Part shown: positions 13,841 to 26,036 of the stretch, in pieces | How positions within the stretch are numbered: position 1 is the first letter of the stretch | How the letters are laid out: every line of letters starts with the position of its first letter | Assembly: GCA_016748015.1 (NCBI GenBank) | Contig: JAAOMT010000139.1 | Location: forward strand, 62,946 to 126,945 | Length of the DNA: 64,000 nucleotides | Origin: Geosiphon pyriformis uo1 | Taxonomy: Eukaryota; Fungi; Glomeromycota | Direction: 5' to 3' | Notes under the pieces: model-generated | Told to the model about the DNA's origin: nothing | What the model saw: only the letters and a program-made list of their open reading frames with translations | The model's database searches: none | Program-made: the position numbers and the translations under genes

Positions 13841-14879
13841 TATTACTTGAGTAGAAAAACTGATCCGAAGTTATGAAAAAACATGACCAGAATGTGACAT
13901 AATACAGAATAGTGTGCAAGAATATTGGATAACACATTATAACTTAGGATAGTGTAGAATAACGCATTACAACGTAGAATAACACAGAATAATACATAAT
14001 AACACTAGATAATGGGTTATAATATAGAATAACTAGTAATAACATAAAAGAACAAAGCAATAACAGAAATAACAAAGCAAAAGTTAGCAATAATAAAACA
14101 ATTAGAAGCAATCCTATAAAACCAAAAGAATATATAAAAGCAAGTAGTTGTAGAAGGTAGAAACAGACAGACAGATGGATATGAACCACTAAACAAGAAT
14201 TAAATATCCATACCTTTTTATCATTTATTATATTTCATATTCATTTTTTAAAATAAATTAATTATTAAGAAATCAGAATTACAAATTCATGTTTTCAAAC
14301 TTTGTAGAATTTATGTGAATTAACTATTGTTTCATATCTTCATTCCAAAACAGATGTCCTTAGCATAACCATCTTGAATTATTAATGATTTGAACCAATT
14401 GTTCTTGATCATAGCAATTAATGATACTAATTTTTTTCTTTCTTTTATTTTTTTTTCTTTTTATTTTTTTTATTTATTTATTTTATTTTTTTGTGGAGTG
14501 ACAACATAATAAAATCAATTGTCTGAGAATAGAATTCATGATAGCCTGGTAAAAAAAAAAGCTCCTCTTAGGTTTTTGGATATTAACATTATCTTGATAG
14601 CTTATCAGAAGGGCAAAAAGACAATGTCAAACCCTAATAACTGTGCTCGTTAGCTCAGAAAAAAAAGCTCATCTTTATAAGAAGTTGTAATCAATAAAAA
14701 CCAAAACTCTATGCCTTATAACTAAAGAACTCAATAAGTAAATTCACAACCAATAAAATAAGATTTTTAGAGACTAATAATCAAGATTAAGCCATCAGAA
14801 TTACATAAAACATGCCTTATTAATAATTGAGAGCACCAAACATTACCATCTCCCTATCTCATCAAGTTTACCCATAACA
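13841..14879 (+). repeat. 5' LTR of element B, with ~10-bp CAGAATAACA-type subrepeats
   Basis: Direct repeat of 24997-26036; ends TAACA. Confidence 0.92.
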
Positions 14880-14940
14880 TTTAGTGCTTCCTGTGAGGTT
14901 ATAAATTCACAGAGACAGAGCACTCTGAAAATTCACAAAA

Positions 14941-17900
14941 GTGGTGACTATTAGAACAATAGGAAAGGATCACATCCTATACAAAAGAGCATTATTTCAA
15001 CACTTTTGGAAAGACTTAGAAATACTTACAGAAATTGTTATTACAGAAAACCAATTTTGTGATTATTTACATGTGAAAATCGACTGCTTTTTAGGCCAAA
15101 TAACAGACACTGGGAAACTTAAAGAACAAATTCATCAAAAATTATTAGCCCACTCAATAAATACTATTACTCAAGCCATAGCTGAAACACTTCATATACT
15201 CGATAAAGATATTAAGTACTATGCAAAAAAATGCTACTCTCAAGTAAAACAACCAGCAAGACCCAATTCTAAAAAATACAAGTCTGAACCCAATAATACA
15301 ACAGCTGCACAAGAACAAACTCACTCTACAGTTAACAAGAAACCAAAATTTTTTTCCCCAACAACTCCATTATATCATCAGATACTGGAAAGTAGAATTG
15401 TATTTAACCCAACCATGGAAACCTAGGCAAAAACACCATAAACTTCCAGAAATTAACACTCATAGAGTCATAACAGTTGAATCAGATCTCTAGGAGAATA
15501 TGGATTATTATTCAGAAACCTTACTCTAACAATCAATAAAATAGATGGAAATACATTGAGATGGGAACCACTACCAACTCAACTCTTAACCAAATCATCA
15601 ACTACCCTCTCCAAAAAAATAGCTATTCTTTAGCCCATTGGAAAAATTAACAAAGGGAAACAACCAAAATTAACACCAAGAGAACACCCTAGTATGCAAA
15701 CACCAAATCCTTCAGCATTAACCAGTAAGACTCTACCTATTCATTAGATTATGGCTTACTGAGATATCACTAAATTAGAAAAATTCTCCAGTAAAGAAGA
15801 TAATGCATATACATGGATTGTGGAAGCCAAAAAAGCCATCACCATCAACAATTGGAATAATAATAGAACCATTCAAGCATTGCCATTTTTTCTGACTAGA
15901 ACTGCAGACTCATAGTATCAAAGCTTTGCAAAGAAACTAACTGACTTTGCCATCTTTAAACTTGCCTTTCTACAATACTTTTGTGATTCCAACACTCTTA
16001 TTAGATTACAAAATTAGTTTAGTATCATAAAACAAAAAGATTATAAAGTAGTAACCACTTATTTTGGACAATTCAACCAAATTTTTCATCAAATTTAGAC
16101 CATTAAAAAGGACTATTACACTGTGGTACAAATTTTTAATCAATTCATCAAAAGATTAAAGAGCAGCCTTCTCCAATCCATAAGATCCTGCCACCTGACA
16201 AACTTACAAGAGGCAGTTACTCTTGCTTGTGACTTTGAGTCAGCAAAACAAAAGACTAATCATACTTAAGTCATTAATCTGGCTATTAATAGAACATCTA
16301 ATATCAACACAAAAATAACTCAATTAAGTGAGAAATTAACTCAGAAAATTAAGGGATTTTTAGCCAGTACTATAGGACCCTTCCAGCCACCACAACAAAG
16401 AAATAATAATAACAACAGATATCAACAACAACAGAATTGTTAGCAACAACAACAATCTTAGAGATCTGATTCCTACAATTGTTACTATTGCCAGAAACCT
16501 GGACATATTGTCCAGAACTGCCATAAGAAAGTAATAGACCAAAATTAAGGAAACCAATATTAGCAACTGAAATATTTTCAAAACATGGTATTCTAATACT
16601 CTACATCTTAATATCAACTGCCTTAATACTCACAACAAATTCAGTATACTCAGCAACCATTTCAGAACTACTATCAGTCATTGCAGCCAATAGCTCAAGC
16701 AGCACTTTAGTATCAAAATTCTGTTAATAACTAACTTAAACATTATGCAATTAATTACAACCAAGAATGAAAAAATTTCAGCAACAATTAGATGCTGACT
16801 AATAGTGTACCATTGTGATTCCTAAATCATAGTAATGCCCTATATTAACTAGTACCAACTGGATACTTTAATCAAGCCTCATATTTTGGTCTTACTGAAA
16901 ACCAGAATTTTTATAGCTCTATATCTTTAAAAAAAAAGGATGTAGAAGAAACTCCCAACCCTTCAAGGTAAAATCAAATCAACAATACTATTCCATCTGT
17001 TGCTATTACTAAAGATACCACCCTTGCTGCTATCTTTCCCTTCAACATTAACAGTCTGAACACAAATAGTCTTTTCAGTGGAGCCATCATAAATTAAAAC
17101 AAACTAATCATGGCCTTATATATTGATATTAGAGTTGAAAACATAGACATTAAATTAATTCTTGATAGCAGATCAGCAGACAGTATAATAATGAAACAAC
17201 TCATGGATTAATTAAGTTACCAAGTAGATTGTGCTGCAATTGTCTAAATTATTATTGCAGATAGCAATACCAAAACCCCAATCAGAAAAATTAATATCTT
17301 CTCTTTCAAAATCAATAGAATCCAAATTTCTACAAAAGTTTTGATTATGAAAGCCATACAATATCAAGCTCTTGTTGGAAATGACTGGTTGGCCAAAGCC
17401 CATGCTATTTTTGACTGGAACACACAGGAATTACAGATTACCTTTAATAGACAATATGTCCAAGTTCTGGCTACATGCAAATACTTCAAAGTTCAAAGCT
17501 TGGAGGAACTGTTAATTGAATTTAAAAACACAATACCACCACCAACCATAGAAACTTATCAAGTTTTGTGGATAGACGAGTTTCAAACAGAGTTACCCCT
17601 ATTATCAACTTAAGAAGAAAAACAAAAGAAGAACCACAATTGACACCTGCAGACTATTCTGCTCCAAGTTAAAGAAATCAATAATATCAAACTCCAAAAT
17701 TAATTTGTGTCGACTGTGAGAAAAAGTTATTCTATGGGTGTATATATTGGAAACAATGAGAAATGGCCAACTGTTATTAAAATTACTGCAGATCTTGTGT
17801 GTTGGAAAGATTTGGCAGACCAAAATGACAAGGCAAATAGAACAATACACCATGCTTTGTTTATGACAAGATTCTGCCAAATAAAAGACTATAGAACAAT

Positions 17901-20734
17901 GTTCCCAGCAGAGAAAGAACATATGATGAAGCATGTCAATACACTATCTTGATCAATAATTGGATACAAAAAAGAACTCCAATTGATAATGCCTGAAAAT
18001 AAGTGTTATGATAATTGGACAGGTATCTCTGTAATGAATATAAGATTTAGAGAATGGTGAGTGCAAAAGCAGAGGGCACTACAACCAAGAAATTACTGAA
18101 AATTAAAAACAACCCTTTATCCCTTTTAGAACCTGAATATATTATGACTTTTGACATCTTTGGCAATATTAAGAACAATTCAAAATACTTTTACAAGCAC
18201 TATCAGAATCTGGCACTAACTAGAGAAGAGCAGAAACAAAGACTAGCTGACTTAAACATGAAACTGTGTGATTATTGTTTGATCTCTTACCACTTTTAGT
18301 ACTGCAACAAATGCAATATCATGTTCAATCTGTCTCCAAAAAAACTATATTTGATCACTGAACTACCAAAACCTAAGGTAAAAGAGAAATTAATTACCAA
18401 GAACATGTTATTTTAAGATCCAACTGAGGATACTGAAACAAAATAATATTTTGCATATTCCAATCTATTCAAAGAATTAGAATTAAAATGATACAGTGAC
18501 AATGAGAAAAAAATCTGCTCTAAAAAAGTGCATAACACTAATGCTGGTTTTAACTTATGATACCTTGGACAATCATCCATAATTATAGCCTTACATTCCT
18601 TTGTAAAAATAGATCTTAAAATAGTATTAGAAATTCTTATTAGTACAATGATACAAGTTGTCTTTCGATCTAGTCTAACCAAAAAAGAAATCAATGTAAA
18701 GAGAAGAATTATTGATGCTGGTTACACAGGAAACATTATAGTAATACTACAGAACAATTCAAACAAACCCTATAAAATAGAATCACAAGAAAAAATTACT
18801 CAAGCTATCTTTCTACTCCTAATCAAAATACCCCAATTAATCTCAGTAACAACCCAAAGAGAATTAGGCTTTACCACTTGAGAAATTCAAAAATTTGGAT
18901 CAAGTAAAAGAGGAAACATACTAATTAACTTCATGAAAGAAAATAGTAACCAGGTAAAACTTATCTACACTAACACAGTCATTTCTATTCCCTCTTATCA
19001 ACAATATATCTTTAAGATAAATTAAAAGATGCAAAATCAAGTTCTGGTATTTGAAGCTGATACTAAAATCTGTTTTCTAACCAATATTGCTAACTTATAC
19101 CTACTGGCCAAAGCTCATAAATACTTCAAAATCCTCATTCACAACCTCACAGAAGATGTAATTGAAATCCCTGAAGGGACTCTTATTGGTTCTATTTCAT
19201 TGAACATTTAACATTCTGAAAAACCTTAGCATATCCCAGATTTTGCGCAATTATTCTTATTTTGTGACATCACTTCACAAATATGGAATCAGCCAAAAGA
19301 AAGTTACTTGTTCACATTAGAAGAGATCAATAAATTAAATTTCAGGAACTTAAGTACTCTACAGCAAATGCAACTCAAGATTCTTTTGAATCAATATGCC
19401 AATGTCTTTGTCAGTGAAAATGAGTTTGGATGCACTGACATTGTAAAGCATCAGATTGATACAGAAAACACTTGACCTATTAAACAATAAGCTTACTGAG
19501 TACCTTTATCTGACAACAATCTTATCAAACAAGAAGTCCAACAAATGCTCAACAATAGCTTAATTAAGGAATTATTAAGTCTTTGGTTCTCTTCAGTAGT
19601 TCTGGTTACCAAGAAAAATGGAAAAGTATGATTCTGTGTGGATTACTGAAAATTAAATAGCATCACTCAAGAAAATAGTTATCCCATTCTCCTCATCCAA
19701 GAAATCCTGAACAATTTAGGAAAAAAAAAATAGTTCTTATTATTAGATCTAGCTAGCAAATATTGGCAGGTTAAAATGAATCCCAAAAATAAAGAAAAAA
19801 TGGCATTTACCACTTAAGACAAAAACTTCGAGTTTAATGTAATACCCTTTAAATTCTGCAATGTTTCTGCCATGTTTTAACATCTTATGGATGTCATGTA
19901 CAAAGGAATTCTTTGGAAATCAGTTATAGTTTACTTAGATGACACAAATATGTTCTTTAAAACATTTGATGATCATTTACTGTACCTTCAACAAGTTTTC
20001 AAATGCCTTCAAAATGTCAGATTAAAACTCAATTCCAAGAAATGTTTCTTTGAGAAAACCAAGTTGAAATTCCTAGAACATGTAATCAGCAAAGACAAAG
20101 TCAAACCCAATCCAGACAAGATCCAAAAAGTTAAAGATTTTCTGGCCCCAATCAACTTTCGAGAGTTATGAAAATTTTTAGAATTGGCAAAATACTATTG
20201 TCAATTCATTAAAGAGTTTTCAATGATCACAAAACCTTTTCACTACTTGTTGTTTAAATACATGCCATATCTATAAAAAAAAAACCAATAGAAAACATTC
20301 GACTATTTTAAGCAATGATTAATTACATCTCCAATCCTAATTTACCCAGATTTTACTAAATGGTTTATTATCACTACAGATATCTCAAAAAATGCTCTAG
20401 GAGCAGTCTTATCACAGATAGAACCAGACAATAAAGAACATCCAATTGTCTATGTCAATCACAGCACTAGTCCAGCAGAAAAAAATTACAGCACAACAGA
20501 TCTGGAATGTTTTGCCATTTATTGGGTCATAGAGACATGAAAACATTACTTCAGCTTGTTTTTTGACCTATATACTGATCATAAAAGACTTGTTTAATTA
20601 CTCAACAATCCACAACTAAAAAAAAATATGCAAGATGGAGTACTTATTTGCAACAATTCCCATTCAAAGTTCATTACAAAGAAGGATATAAAAACACCAA
20701 TGCCAACAGTTTGTCGAGAATACTACAAACCTAA
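14941..20734 (+). pseudogene. Gag-PR-Cys-rich-dUTPase-RT-RNaseH polyprotein of element B
   Basis: GTG start; CYYCQKPGHIVQNC knuckle ~16480; LILDS(G)SA protease ~17155; dUTPase FRSSL/IIDAGYTG; YLDD ~19932; ends NSLSRILQT*. Confidence 0.88.
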
Positions 20735-21819
20735 TTCCAGACCTATAGATATATTCACTTATCAATAAATACATTAGTACTTATTGACACTATCTTTCAA
20801 GGAGATATTATCTCAACAGAAACAAAGTACCATATAAAAACAAGCCTAAAATTATTTTATTCAAGACAACCAACTATATTAATAAGAACACCAAAACTGT
20901 TCTACTCCATAATAAGTTATAAAAAACAATGAAAAAGAAACTATATTACATAGTATGCATTCTGATCCAACTACAAAACACTTTAATAAAGATGCTACTT
21001 TCAAAAGAACACTAAATTTATACTATTGGCTAACAATATACAAAGACATTTTTGAATATGTGCTTAATTGTGACTTATATTAGCAAAGAAAAGAAGCAAG
21101 ACCAACAGAACCACTTCAATCTATTTCAGTTGGAAATTCATTTAATAGAATTGGGATTGATTTGGTTGGATCTCTCTTAATTACATCTCAAGGAAATCAC
21201 TATATTACTGTAGTCATAAACTATTTTACAAAATAGCCAGAAACCAGAGCAATCAAAGTGACCAATGCCAAAACAGTAGCTGAATTTGTGCATTAAAACC
21301 TAATTTGCTGACATAGATGCCTAAAAGAATTATTATCTGATCAAAAAACACATTTTGTTAATAATACACTAACTAAACTAAGCCAAAGATTTGCAATAAA
21401 GTAATCTTTATTATTACCATACCACTCACAAACAAACAGATTGGTAGAACAATTTAACCAAATACTGTGCAAAGCATTAGCAAAAATAAGTTATGAAAAC
21501 AAACAAGAATAGAACTTATTCATATCTTCTGTACTCTTTGTATACTGAATATTGAAACAAAATACAACTTAGTTCACATCATTTGAACTAGTCTATAAAA
21601 GAAAAGCTACATTACCAATTGAACAAGTAATATTATCATATTCAACAGAAATAATTAATGAAGAGAATTTTGAAGCTATAGTGAACTCTTTTTATAATCA
21701 CATCTTTTAGTCAGCATATTTGTGGTGACTATAGAAAGATGAGACTATAAAAAATGATTAATATCTTATCACATGATCTATATATTACATGCATAATATA
21801 ATAACTAATTATATATATT

Positions 21820-22250
21820 TTATTTAAAAAAGCTATCTATTTGCAACTGTTTTTTCTCTTCTTGAACTTTGAGAACAGTATTATGAATTAATGTTTTCAA
21901 AGTTTTAAAAAAGTCTGAATCAACTTTTTCACTATACTGTTCTTTACAATGGTGCAATGTATTTTTAAGTGCAGTTTTATCTTGATGTGTAAATAACAAA
22001 AACAAAGATTCATCTTCATCTTCACTTTTTAAATCTTTATTTGCATTAGAATTTCCATTATACTTGTTGTTAATAAGATCCACAATTTTATTCTCTGAGG
22101 CATAAGTGAATAATGGTTCAAACTTGTTAATATTAATGAAGTTTATTGCCAATAGCTTGTCAATATCAACATACTCAATAAGAACTTGTACTTCTTGTAG
22201 GAGTTCTTGTTCAATATCTAATAGATGGACTGGTATTTGACTATTATTTA
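21820..22250 (-). pseudogene. C-terminal remnant of a pogo-like transposase
   Basis: Acidic stretch and terminal PCNA-binding PIP-box motif QLQIDSFF, typical of pogo-family transposases. Confidence 0.65.
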
Positions 22251-22269
22251 GAACTATGATTCAAAAAAA

Positions 22270-22790
22270 TTTGACCACTTTACTCATGTTCTAATCAATG
22301 TATTTGCCATTAAAGTAACAATAATTTATCTAATTTATTGCTCCAGAATCTCTTACATTAGCTGCCTTTTGATACAATTTGACAGCTTAATCCATGTTCT
22401 AATTGACGCATTTGTCATTAAAGTAGCAATGTCTTAATCAAGTTATTGCTTCAAAATTCTCTATATCACTTGTCTTTTGATACAATTTGACAGCTTGATT
22501 TATGTCCTGATTAACACTTTTACCATATTGATAGCAATGACCTAATCGAGTTATTGCTTTAGAATTCCCTGCATCAACAGTCTTTTGATATAATTCGACC
22601 CCTTGACTTTTGTTCTAATTAATACCTTCATTATGCTGATAGCAATAACCTAAATTGTTCATTGTAGCAGAATTCTCTACATTACTTGTCTTTTAATATA
22701 ATTTGACAGCTTGACCCATGTTCTAATTAACATCTTTGCCATAAAAGTAGCAATTTTTTAATTTATTTATTGCTATAAAGTTTCCAGTAT
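22270..22790 (-). pseudogene. Sel1-like repeat gene fragment (~5 x 36 aa)
   Basis: 108-bp periodicity; translates e.g. VELYQKTVDAGNSKAITRLGHCYQYGKSVNQDINQAVKLYQK. Confidence 0.85.
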
Positions 22791-22863
22791 TTAAACAGAA
22801 TAGATGGTAAAAATCTAATTTGAGATTTTTACATTTTTAAAAAATACCTCCAAACAGCCACAA

Positions 22864-23237
22864 CAATTAACATGGCAATGATAATTCAGTTTGTTTATCT
22901 TCCAATAGTCTTAACAATTAATGCGACAATGATAATTCAGTCACTTATCTCCTAATGACTTTAACAATCAATACAACAATAATAATCAGATTCACTTACC
23001 TTTGGATGGTCTCAGTAATCAATACAACAATAGTAATTCACTTACTTTTAGACAGCTACAACAATCCACATGAATATATTAATCAAATTTGCTTATCTCT
23101 AAATGGTTATGGCAATTAATGTAACAATGATAATCAGATTTATTTACTTTTGAATAGCCTTGACAATCAATGTAACAATGATAATTTACTTCACTTATCT
23201 TTGGATAGTTATGGCAATTATCACAGCAATGCTAAAT
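22864..23237. repeat. ~51-bp minisatellite, about 7 degenerate units
   Basis: Unit CAATYAATGYRACAATGATAATCAGATTCACTTAYCTTTGGATRG.. Confidence 0.85.
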
Positions 23238-24168
23238 AAATTACTTAGTGGCTTGGGCAATTATTCAATATTTGCCACTAAGGCAAAGCAGAACATACTA
23301 TTTTACACTAATTTGTTTGTTGTAACTTTTAAATTATACCAATAAAATAATAAATTAATAAATAAAGCAAATAATAATAGATTAATATAAGTCTTATTAT
23401 TGTAATACTTAAATGCAAAATAGTGTTAATATTTTAAAATAATATTTGAAGCACCTTTTATAATCTGAAATACCTTACATGTTTGATTAAATATGAGATG
23501 ACATCTAATGTTCATATCTAATATCATATGATTATAGTGTGACTATAGAGAGTAGAAATTACTTATATTCTGTTATCATATTTGTGAGAATAGAGACTAT
23601 AAAGAGATATATATAGTAAAAGTAACTATAAAAAGATAATATTACATATAAATAGTTTTGGTTTTTAAAAAAATGTGATTATAAGAAAATAGTAACTATA
23701 ACCAGAAAGACTATAAAGAAAGTTTACTGTATCTTACATTAAAGAACATACCAGCTAATAAAAATATTGGATGACAATCAAAGAATAGCAGCTGACAATA
23801 TTAGTTATACTCAAAAATAACAAAAAAAAAGACATGATAACTGCCTACCAGAACAACCAATAGAATTCAAGATTGAAGACCAAGTACTGTTATATCATAC
23901 AAAAGCTAAAAAACAATGGAGTGGAAAGTTTAACTCAAAATAGAACAGTTCATTCCACATACATGAAGTTTTAGGAAATAAAGCTTACAAATTATGATTG
24001 GAAGACAGGATTTTAAAAAAAGTAGCATATGGAAATCAGTTAAAAATTTATCATACAAAACAGGAATTATTATTATCAATACCTTAGCTAGAAACACAAA
24101 TTTCATTAATCAGACCAAAAGATATATTATAAGATCTGAAACCAATCATCATCATTGAAATGTAGACA

Positions 24169-24982
24169 ATGTGCAACAAATTAAATTAGGAAATTCAAAT
24201 ATATATAGCATCTAAAAAATAGCAAAAAATGATAGAACTTTCAACATAAACTTATCAGATCAAATTTTACAACTCTCAAAACAACTATTTGACACAATTC
24301 AACAATTTTCTGCTCAAATAGAAGTGACAATTAATAGAGAAAAAATATGCTATAAAGATAAGAACAAGAAAGGGATGAGTACGAGTTCAACTAGAACTAA
24401 TTATTCTCATCTTTACATCCTACTTAAGAAATAAATTTTACAAAAAGAAATTAAATTGTCTTAGGTGGAGCTTGAAAAAAGAGTAAAGGAATGAAAAAAA
24501 GTTTATAAAAAAAGATACTTGGTTTCTGAGCTCAAAGAAATCAAAGAAGTTTTAGTTCATAGGATTGATCTTCCCAAAACAGAGAATAAACACCAGACAA
24601 TACAAAAAAATAGAAAGAAAGACTTCTTCCAGCTTATTGGTTCTACAAAATAAGTAAACAATTAGATTTAAAGATGCCATATAGAGACTTTAACCAAAAA
24701 ACTTTCAACAAAAAAGCAATACAACAAGTAGAAAAATTCATAGAAAGAAGCAACCTGACCTTATATTACAAAGCAGTATACTGACTATATGCTGCTTTCC
24801 AACATTGTTTAAATGTACTGTTATATGGATTTATAAAGACAATAACAGTTAACAACATAGAATAAATTACTAATTGACAGTTTGAAGACCTAAAAAAAAC
24901 AATACTTGATGCAACCATCAAACATTACACAAATAAAGACATAGGAACAGATACATACAATTTCACAGAAACTCAATTCTAA
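24169..24982 (+). pseudogene. Accessory ORF3 of element B (frameshifted)
   Basis: C-terminal YKAVY(R)LYAAFQHCLNVLLYGFIKTITVNNIE(Q)ITN(R)QFEDL aligns with family-1 ORF3. Confidence 0.65.
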
Positions 24983-24996
24983 AAAGAGAGAGATAA

Positions 24997-26036
24997 TATT
25001 ATCCAAGTAGAAAAACTGATCCAAAGTTATGAAAAAATGTGACCAGAATATAACATAACACAGAATAGTGTACAATAATGTTGAATAACATGTTATAATT
25101 TAGGATAGTGCAGAATAATATGTTACAACATAGAATAACACAAAATAACACAGAATAACACTAGATAATATGTTATAATATAGGATAACTAGTAATAATA
25201 TAGAAGAATGAAGCAATAACAGAAATAACAAAGCAATAGTTAAAAATAATAAAACAATCAGATACAATCCTGTAAAACCAAAAGAAAGTATAAAAGTAAG
25301 TAATTATAGAAGATAGAAACAGACAAACAGATAGATATGAACCACTAAACAAAAATCAAATATCCATACCTTTTTATCATTTATTATATTCCATATTCAT
25401 CTTCTAAAATAAATTAATTATTAAGAAATCAGAATTATGAATTCATGTTCTCGAACTTTGTAGAATTTATGTGAATTAACCATTGTTTTATATCTTTATT
25501 CCAAGACAGATGCCCTTAATATAACTGCCTCAAACTATTAATGATTTGGACCAATCACTTTTAATCACAGCAATTAACAATACTAATTCTTTTCTTTCTT
25601 TTTTTATTTTTTTTATTTTTATTTTTATTTTATTTTTTTTATTCTTTTGTGGAGTAGCAACATAGTAAAATCAACTGTCTGAGAATAAACTTTATGATAG
25701 CCTGATAAAAGAGGGAAGCTCCTCTTAAGTTTTTGGATATTAACATTATTTTGATAGCTTATCAGAAAGGTAAAAAAACAATGCTAGATTCTAATAACTG
25801 TGCTTGTTAGCTCAGAGAAAAAAGCTTACTTTTATAAGAAGTTGCAATCAGCAAGAACCAAAACTCTGTATCTTATAACCAAAAAACTTAATGGGTAAAT
25901 TCACAACCAGTAAAACAAGACTTTTAGAAACTGATAATCAAGATTAAGTCACCAAAATTATACAAAACACATCTTATCAATAATTGACTACATCAAACAT
26001 TATCATCTCTCTACTCTACCAAGTTTACCCATAACA
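24997..26036 (+). repeat. 3' LTR of element B
   Basis: Repeat of 13841-14879. Confidence 0.92.

Larger units (their letters stand above)
21679..23729 (-). mobile_element. Non-autonomous pogo/Tc1-mariner-type TIR element with captured cargo
   Basis: TIRs (C/T)AGTGAACTCTTTTTATAATC ... GACTATAAAGAAAGTTTACTG; TA TSD at 21677-78 and 23730-31; subterminal GACTATA repeats. Confidence 0.85.
20745..24165 (+). pseudogene. Integrase of element B, interrupted by a pogo-like insertion
   Basis: HSDPT..H, GIDLVG, SDQ.THF; frame resumes after 23731. Confidence 0.85.
13841..26036 (+). mobile_element. Ty3/Gypsy LTR retrotransposon B (family 2, dUTPase-bearing), full length, more decayed
   Basis: ~1040-bp LTRs; TSD CTAA/CCAG; PBS at ~14882; PPT AAAAAGAGAGAGA at 24981-24993. 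Confidence 0.93.

Noticed and set aside
22864-23237. CRISPR-like array
   Set aside because: Degenerate contiguous units with no unique spacers, no cas genes, eukaryotic context
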